Assembly (NCBI GenBank): GCA_020161265.1
Contig: JAIUOC010000003.1
Coordinates: 299,024 to 363,023, forward strand
Reading direction: 5' to 3'
DNA from: Chloroflexota bacterium
Lineage (GTDB): Bacteria; Chloroflexota; Chloroflexia; Chloroflexales; Herpetosiphonaceae
Length of the DNA stretch: 64,000 nucleotides
This document shows positions 58,331 to 64,000 of the stretch, piece by piece; position 1 is the stretch's first letter, and every line of letters begins with the position of its first letter. Below the pieces are notes generated by a model, which ran no database searches, had not been told where the DNA came from, and was given only the letters and a program-made list of their open reading frames with translations. A program made the position numbers and the translations under genes.

Positions 58331-60070
58331 CTACGAGCGAAAGCTATACCACCATTCGAAAATCAACGCTGCCAAGGCCAAACCAACCAGCATCGGCCAT
58401 AATGGCGTGCCTTGCGGTGGTAGGCGATCGCCCTCAGGTTGCGGGCTTTGGCTAATCGTTGGCTGGTTTTGTTGTTGCAGATTTGACTCCTGTGGATCGC
58501 CAAAGTTGACCGCAATCCCGCCACGATTACTCCCAACGACCCGATACAAACCTGCTTGATTCAGGCGCTGATCGAGCGCTTGCGCCTCGCCATCAGGGCG
58601 GGTTAGTGGTGTGTTGGGAGCAAAACTGCCAGCCGCCAGTTGCTCAGGCAATGATCCACCCGTTAATTTAGCGATACTGGCCGCTGTCAATAAGGGAAAG
58701 GCCAATTTTGCGCTGAGATTGGTGTTATCCAGATTAAAGAGCCAAATGATGGTGGCTCGCTCTTGCCATGTGCCACGCAGCACCAAGGGCGCTTGCGTAT
58801 CAGTTTCGATCACACTGCTCAAGCCTGCGGGAATCTCGTCACGCTTGATCGGGCGACGACCACCCCATTGGACACTCGAAAGGTCGATGCCTGCAAAATC
58901 GGCATCCAAGACGGCACTACTGGCCTGCTCACCCAAAACACTATCTTGGGTTGGCAAACGTAGGTCACTCGGCGGATTGACAATCAACAAGGCGCTGGTT
59001 GGTAATTGCTGCGGCAAAACTCCGTTCAACACAGTCAAATCCACCCGTTGATTGCTGACGGTTTGGCTAACACTTAACTCGATATTGGGCAAACTGCGCA
59101 GCATGCGTTCAAGTGGCGAGGGGGTTAATGTGGCCAAATGCACGCGCAACGAGCCAGAGCGGCTGAGCGCAAGCACTGCTCGATCATCAAGGGCATAACT
59201 ATCGTTGGGGCTAAGTTGTAATTCGGCCAGCTCACCGTTAGCAACTTCCCAAGTGCGCTCCTCGCTGCCACCAGGCTGAATCACCAAATTTTGCTCCGAT
59301 TCAACCTCGCCATCAACTAAAAGGGTTAAGGTTCGGGCCGCAGGCAAATCGCTAAAATTGGTCACGCGGGCATACAGGGCATTGCGTTGGTTGGGCAAAC
59401 GGCGGCTCGCAAAATTAACAATGCCACTATTGGCGGTGCTTTCGCCCAGCATGCGCCATTCTAATTCGGCGGCAACCGATAATGGCGTGCTGTTGGCAGG
59501 CAACGCGCCATCGCTGAGTACAATCAGCTGGTTTTGGCGATCGTTGGCGAGGGTGGCGGTGGCAATGTTCAGCGATTGGGCCAAGTTGGCATTATTACCA
59601 GCGGGAGCCAGCTCGGCCACAATTTGACGCAATTGTTGGCGTTCAGCATAGCCGCCATAGCCAAGCAAACGCGCTTCGTGATTCAACTCAACCAGTGCGA
59701 GGCTATCATCACGCCCCAAATCATTAATCAAATTTTCGGTTTGTTGTTGGGCTTGAGTAAATGAGCGATTGGCCGCCATACTTGAAGTTGTATCAAGAAT
59801 AATTACGAGGTGGCGTGGCGCATCGGCTCCAAAAATCCAAGCTGGTTGGGCTAGGCTCAAAGCCAAACAAGCTGCGACCAGCAAATGTAATGCTAACAGC
59901 AAAGTTAGGGGCAAGGTACGTTGTTGGCGCTCAGGTGGTGGCGTTAATGCCGCCCACAGCCGAATAGTGGGAATCTTCAGCCGCTGTCGGCGTTGGCGCA
60001 CCATATGCAACACCACGATGATCGGCAAGGCGATTAAGCCAATTAAACCCAATGGCATAAGCAAATTCAT
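58331..60070 (-). CDS. BatA-like vWA-domain membrane protein
   Basis: N-terminal paired TM 'LIALPIIVVLHMV', then 'VIILDTTSSM' (vWA MIDAS-like), with a C-terminal TM. Confidence 0.6.
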   Translation of the reverse strand: MNLLMPLGLIGLIALPIIVVLHMVRQRRQRLKIPTIRLWAALTPPPERQQRTLPLTLLLALHLLVAACLALSLAQPAWIFGADAPRHLVIILDTTSSMAANRSFTQAQQQTENLINDLGRDDSLALVELNHEARLLGYGGYAERQQLRQIVAELAPAGNNANLAQSLNIATATLANDRQNQLIVLSDGALPANSTPLSVAAELEWRMLGESTANSGIVNFASRRLPNQRNALYARVTNFSDLPAARTLTLLVDGEVESEQNLVIQPGGSEERTWEVANGELAELQLSPNDSYALDDRAVLALSRSGSLRVHLATLTPSPLERMLRSLPNIELSVSQTVSNQRVDLTVLNGVLPQQLPTSALLIVNPPSDLRLPTQDSVLGEQASSAVLDADFAGIDLSSVQWGGRRPIKRDEIPAGLSSVIETDTQAPLVLRGTWQERATIIWLFNLDNTNLSAKLAFPLLTAASIAKLTGGSLPEQLAAGSFAPNTPLTRPDGEAQALDQRLNQAGLYRVVGSNRGGIAVNFGDPQESNLQQQNQPTISQSPQPEGDRLPPQGTPLWPMLVGLALAALIFEWWYSFRS

Positions 60071-60223
60071 CTGGCTCGCTGCCTCACAACCATCTCAGCC
60101 GAGGCCCAGATGCTTGCGCTGAATGAACAAACAGCATGGTTTGTACCATGCTGTCGTATTATAACGAGCTTTTGGGTCGCGTTGGAAGCGAAGAATCAAA
60201 ATAATGCTGCGACACCATCCAAG

Positions 60224-60964
60224 CTAGCGTTGAGGTAACTCGTTCATGAAGGTATGTTGTTGCTCATTGATTGCTTGTTGCAATTGGTCGCGCGAGAGCA
60301 TGCCCGAAAGCACCAACAACTCGCCAACCTGGAAATTCTGGCCGCGCACCTTCAAATCGGCTTGACGGGCAATGACTTGATTAAGTTGAGTCCGCGTAAT
60401 CAGGCCTTGCTCAATCAAATGTTCACCCAACCGATTGATTGTGCTGGCGTGGCCACCCTGAGCACGCGCCATTTTTTGCACTTCCAGAACCTTGCCAAGC
60501 GCTTGGGTGGTAAGCCACCGTCGCCGCAACAAAATATCGCCCAGTGGCACGATTCGGCCATAACGCGCTTCTTGGGCTTGCTCGCTTAAAGCTGCATCAA
60601 GTTGAATTTGCTTAATAAACTTTTGCTCGACCAAATATTCGCCCAAACGTTTGACCACTGCGACTGATTTTTCAACTGGCGGAGCAGGTGGTGTTTGATC
60701 AACAACGACTTGCAAGCGCAGAAACTCTAAGCCCATGAGCGCCGCTTCGTTGGTTGGCTCAAGCTCAAGCACCCGTTGCAAACAATCACGGCGTTTTTCT
60801 GGCTCCTCCAAAACCCCGCTGAGCCAGAGCCATGCTGGCGCAAAATCGGGGTCTTCATGAATAATTGAAATTAATAAGCTGCGCCCCTCCTCCTTCCGGC
60901 CAGTGCTTATGGCAGCACGGGCATGGGCAAAAAGCGTTTCGATGCTCACAGAATGTCCTTTCAA
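60224..60964 (-). CDS. Protein with an N-terminal TPR-like region followed by four MshEN/T2SSE_N-like 24-residue repeats (candidate c-di-GMP receptor)
   Basis: 'RLGEYLVEQKFIKQIQLDAALSEQ', 'PLGDILLRRRWLTTQALGKVLEVQ', 'RLGEHLIEQGLITRTQLNQVIARQ', 'QVGELLVLSGMLSRDQLQQAINEQ'. Confidence 0.6.
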   Translation of the reverse strand: MKGHSVSIETLFAHARAAISTGRKEEGRSLLISIIHEDPDFAPAWLWLSGVLEEPEKRRDCLQRVLELEPTNEAALMGLEFLRLQVVVDQTPPAPPVEKSVAVVKRLGEYLVEQKFIKQIQLDAALSEQAQEARYGRIVPLGDILLRRRWLTTQALGKVLEVQKMARAQGGHASTINRLGEHLIEQGLITRTQLNQVIARQADLKVRGQNFQVGELLVLSGMLSRDQLQQAINEQQHTFMNELPQR

Positions 60965-60966
60965 GC

Positions 60967-62316
60967 TTAGCCTTTAGCCAATGCTTGGGCAGCAACCAAC
61001 AGTGGGTCCCACACCGATGAAAATGGGGGTGCATAACTCAGGTCTTGCCAAGCAAACTCATCTACCGTCATTCTTCCCGCGAGTGCCACCGCTACCACAT
61101 CAACCCGCTTTGCTACATCGTCGAAGCCAATAATTTGGCCACCCAACAATGTGCCGTCGGCTGCATCAGCAACCAACTTAACCGTTATTGGCCGAGCATT
61201 AGGGTAGTACCCCGCATGATCGGTTGAATGGATGATTTTGCTACGAACGTGGTAGCCATGGTGGAGAGCTTGCTCAACACTTAATCCAGTTGCGGCAATA
61301 TGTAAATCAGCAAATTTGGTGACTGCTGTGCCCACAACTCCGCGAAATGGGCGCTCATGGCCTGCGAGATAGGCTCCAAGCGTCCGACCTTGTTTATTGG
61401 CAGTCGTGCCCAGTGGTAAATACACGGGCTTATTGAGAATTCGATGATCAACGGTACTGCAATCGCCAGCAGCATACACCCTATCGACGCTAGTACGGCC
61501 TAATTGGTCGATTTTGATTGCGCCATGCTCGCCAAGCTCAGCGCCACAGCTTTGGGCCAATTCGCTATTTGGCTGCACTCCGGTGGCGATAATCACCAAT
61601 TCGGCGGGAATATCGCGACCGCCAGCAACCACATGAGTTACTCGATCGTGCTTGCCTTCAAGGCCTTCCAAGCCACAACCAAGCGCTAATTGCACGCCCG
61701 CAGCTTCAAGTCGGGTAATAATCTGGCTGCTCATATCGTGATCAAGTGAGCTTAACACGGTTTTGCTGCGATTGACCAACGTTACGCCAATCCCACGATC
61801 GAGCAAGGCCTCGGCCATTTCTAGCCCAATATAGCCAGCACCAACCACGACAGCATGCTTGGGTTGCTGTTCGCTGATGTAGGTTTGAATCGCCAAACCA
61901 TCATGCATTGAGCGTAACCGAAAGACCCCCTGTAGTTCAATCCCTCGTACTGGTGGACAATTGACTCTCGCGCCAGTTGCCAGCACCAAACGATCAAAAT
62001 GATCGTGGAACGTACTATTGTTAGCCAAATCGCGCACGGTCACCCGCCCCGCCGCTACATCAAGATCGATCACTTCATGGTCGGTTTTGACGGTTACGCC
62101 ATCGCGGGCAAATTGAGCTGGAGTACGGGCGATTAACGCCTGATAATCAGCAACTGCCCCGCTAATCAAATAGGGCAACCCACAAGCAGAGTAGGAAACA
62201 TGAGCTTCACGGCCATATACACAAATATCCAAATCGGGATTGGTGCGTTTGGCTTTGGCGGCAGCACTCGTTCCGGCGGCGACGGCTCCAATCACGATCA
62301 CCCGTTCGCTAGCCAT
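60967..62316 (-). CDS. FAD-dependent pyridine nucleotide-disulfide oxidoreductase (CoA-disulfide reductase / NADH oxidase family)
   Basis: 'VIVIGAVAAGTSAA' FAD motif. Single redox Cys in 'SYSACGLPY'. NAD motif 'AVVVGAGYIGLE'. Confidence 0.8.
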   Translation of the reverse strand: MASERVIVIGAVAAGTSAAAKAKRTNPDLDICVYGREAHVSYSACGLPYLISGAVADYQALIARTPAQFARDGVTVKTDHEVIDLDVAAGRVTVRDLANNSTFHDHFDRLVLATGARVNCPPVRGIELQGVFRLRSMHDGLAIQTYISEQQPKHAVVVGAGYIGLEMAEALLDRGIGVTLVNRSKTVLSSLDHDMSSQIITRLEAAGVQLALGCGLEGLEGKHDRVTHVVAGGRDIPAELVIIATGVQPNSELAQSCGAELGEHGAIKIDQLGRTSVDRVYAAGDCSTVDHRILNKPVYLPLGTTANKQGRTLGAYLAGHERPFRGVVGTAVTKFADLHIAATGLSVEQALHHGYHVRSKIIHSTDHAGYYPNARPITVKLVADAADGTLLGGQIIGFDDVAKRVDVVAVALAGRMTVDEFAWQDLSYAPPFSSVWDPLLVAAQALAKG

Positions 62317-62377
62317 TCCAAGCTCCTTTAGCTATGCTACTATTTGGACAGATTGTCACGAGCATGAGAGCTTAATT

Positions 62378-63151
62378 ATGCCACCAAGCCCTAGTAAGAA
62401 TCAACCACGTTTGCCGGCTCAACCAAATCGTTTGGGAGCTTGGTTGGTCTATCAGGCCTTGATCCGGCCTGCATTACGCAAAACCTTTGATCAAGTATTG
62501 CTGAATGTTGGGTCAACCGCTGACATTCTGCGCAGCCGCGAGCCAATTTTGGCCTATGTTACCCATACAAGTTGGTGGGATGGGCATCTGGCGTTCGAAT
62601 TATTTCGCACAGTCTACCCACGCCACCACTATTTAATGATGGAAGAAGCCCAGTTGGCCCGCTATTTCTTCTTTCGTTGGTGTGGCTGTTTCTCGGTTAA
62701 TCGCCAAGAACCACGCGAAGCCTTGCGCTCAATTCGCTACGCCAGCAGCCTGCTCCAACACAAACAATCTTTAGTTTGGATCTTTCCGCAGGGTCAGATT
62801 ATACCGCCAGATCGCCGTCCGCTCCAACTTTTTCGTGGGGTCGCCGATATCGCCACCCGCACCGGCAATTTGTGGTGCTTGCCAATCGCCTTGCGCTACG
62901 AATTTGCTGGCGAACAACGGCCAGTTGCCTTAATTCGCTGCGGCGAGCCAACATGGGTTGATGCAGATACCAGCCGCGAACAGCTGCAACCGCAATTAGC
63001 AATCAACCTAACCCGTGCCGCCGATCAACTACGCGATGAATGGAATCAGCAAGAGCTTGTTAATTTTCAGCCAATTTTGCAAGGCACAGCCTCGGTCAAT
63101 CGCCGTTTTGATCACATTTTAGGGCCAATTGTGCGCTGGTGGCAACAATAA
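62378..63151 (+). CDS. Lysophospholipid (1-acyl-glycerol-3-phosphate) acyltransferase family protein
   Basis: HX4D box 'HTSWWDGH'. Start set at 62378 to avoid overlap with the divergent gene. Confidence 0.65.
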   Translation: MPPSPSKNQPRLPAQPNRLGAWLVYQALIRPALRKTFDQVLLNVGSTADILRSREPILAYVTHTSWWDGHLAFELFRTVYPRHHYLMMEEAQLARYFFFRWCGCFSVNRQEPREALRSIRYASSLLQHKQSLVWIFPQGQIIPPDRRPLQLFRGVADIATRTGNLWCLPIALRYEFAGEQRPVALIRCGEPTWVDADTSREQLQPQLAINLTRAADQLRDEWNQQELVNFQPILQGTASVNRRFDHILGPIVRWWQQ

Positions 63152-63256
63152 CCAACATTTGGAGATCGGAACAAACGAAACCGCGAAGAGCACGAAGACC
63201 GCGAAGTATGAGATATTAGAAATACAAGAACAATCCACAAACTAAATATTTGGGGG

Positions 63257-63314
63257 TGCAGGGGGCTGAAAACCCCCTGCGTTTCCCTTCGGCGGAGGGA
63301 CGGAAGGGTGGCGA
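63257..63314 (+). repeat. Copy B of the conserved two-hairpin ~58-nt element
   Basis: gcagggggctgaaaaccccctgcgtttcccttcggcggagggacggaagggtggcgaa. Substitutions relative to copy A keep both stems paired. Confidence 0.6.
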
Positions 63315-63338
63315 AGCCAGATGAAAATCAGCAAAATA

Positions 63339-64000
63339 TTATTGAAAAACAGCTTTAATCAATTGTGGCAACAACTCATCAGCACTGCCCGCCAACGAAT
63401 AAGTTGCAATCCCTCGCAACGGAATATCAGGGTTAATTTCAATCACCGTTTTTTTGCGGCGCAAGGCTCGATGAGGCAACGAAGCAATTGGCTCAACAAT
63501 CGCCGATGTGCCAATTACCAAGGCCACGTCGCTGTTATCAAAGGCGTGCTTGGCCGCTTGCAATATGTCAGCATCCAACAATTCGCCAAACCAAACAATA
63601 TCAGGCCGTAATGGTGCGCCACAAGCCGGGCAAATTGGCTGCTCAGCATCCCAGGTTTCAACCAAATTGCCTTCTCGCGAACAGATTGTGCGAGCCAAAC
63701 TGCCATGCACCTCATAAACCTGGCCTGAGCCAGCCCGCTGATGCAAACTATCAATATTTTGGGTAAACAGCTTAAATTGCGTGATCAATTGCTCCAAATG
63801 CGCCAAGGCATAATGCCCAGCATTTGGTTGGGCTGCCTCACACTGGCGTTTCATGGCTTGATACACCTGAAAAACCCCAACTGGATCACGCTCAAAGCCC
63901 GCGAATGTCGCAACTTTATCAGGATCATAGGCCGTCCAACGGGCATCAGCGGCGGCACTACGATAGGTCGGAATTCCGCTGGGAGCTGAAATTCCCGATC
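63339..64000 (-). CDS. cobB: NAD-dependent protein deacylase (Sir2/CobB), 3' portion. The gene continues past the window end.
   Basis: 'FTQNIDSLHQRAG', 'VYEVHGS', 'CPACG' and 'RPDIVWFGE'. The upstream frame, still open at 64000, encodes 'SGIPTYRS'. Confidence 0.8.
   Translation of the reverse strand, partial: SGISAPSGIPTYRSAAADARWTAYDPDKVATFAGFERDPVGVFQVYQAMKRQCEAAQPNAGHYALAHLEQLITQFKLFTQNIDSLHQRAGSGQVYEVHGSLARTICSREGNLVETWDAEQPICPACGAPLRPDIVWFGELLDADILQAAKHAFDNSDVALVIGTSAIVEPIASLPHRALRRKKTVIEINPDIPLRGIATYSLAGSADELLPQLIKAVFQ

Noticed and set aside
63257-63314. Two-hairpin element as a simple Rho-independent terminator
   Set aside because: Neither orientation is followed by a U-run. Copy A lies in a divergent promoter region, not at a gene end. 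The conserved 3' tail acggaagggtggcgaa argues for something more specific.

Overview
This 64 kb window is Chloroflexi-like chromosomal DNA at about 50% GC. It has many FG-GAP and giant surface proteins and word-like intergenic repeats, which is reminiscent of Herpetosiphon. The housekeeping backbone includes the secA 3' end, proB, a histidine phosphatase gene, proA, a partial complex I operon (nuoI-J-K-L-M-N), sodA, uppP, a U32 peptidase and a cobB/Sir2 fragment. Accessory content sits between and around these. (1) An apparently orphan type III-B CRISPR-Cas effector module (cas10/cmr2 lacking HD and zinc finger but with an intact GGDD cyclase motif, cmr3, cmr1, cmr4, cmr5, cmr6). It is followed by a CARF plus PD-(D/E)xK (Can2/Card1-like) cOA-activated nuclease candidate and a small unknown protein. 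No CRISPR array, cas6 or cas1/cas2 is in the window. The locus is a GC mosaic. (2) A tandem pair of tRNA-Asn(GTT) genes followed by a small AT-rich islet. The islet carries an XRE regulator divergent from unknown genes and a perfect 32-bp palindrome over a start codon. (3) Two giant secreted proteins (3182 aa and 1857 aa) flanking a STAND NTPase/TPR regulator, with a 13-bp x3 tandem repeat at the regulator's start. (4) A COG0523/CobW GTPase gene interrupted by an in-frame TGA. (5) Several families of short dispersed intergenic repeats, including a roughly 58-nt two-hairpin element in two copies with a structure-preserving substitution. (6) A protein with four MshEN-like (c-di-GMP-binding type) repeats. 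All calls come from reading the translated ORFs and the DNA by eye. No database searches were run.
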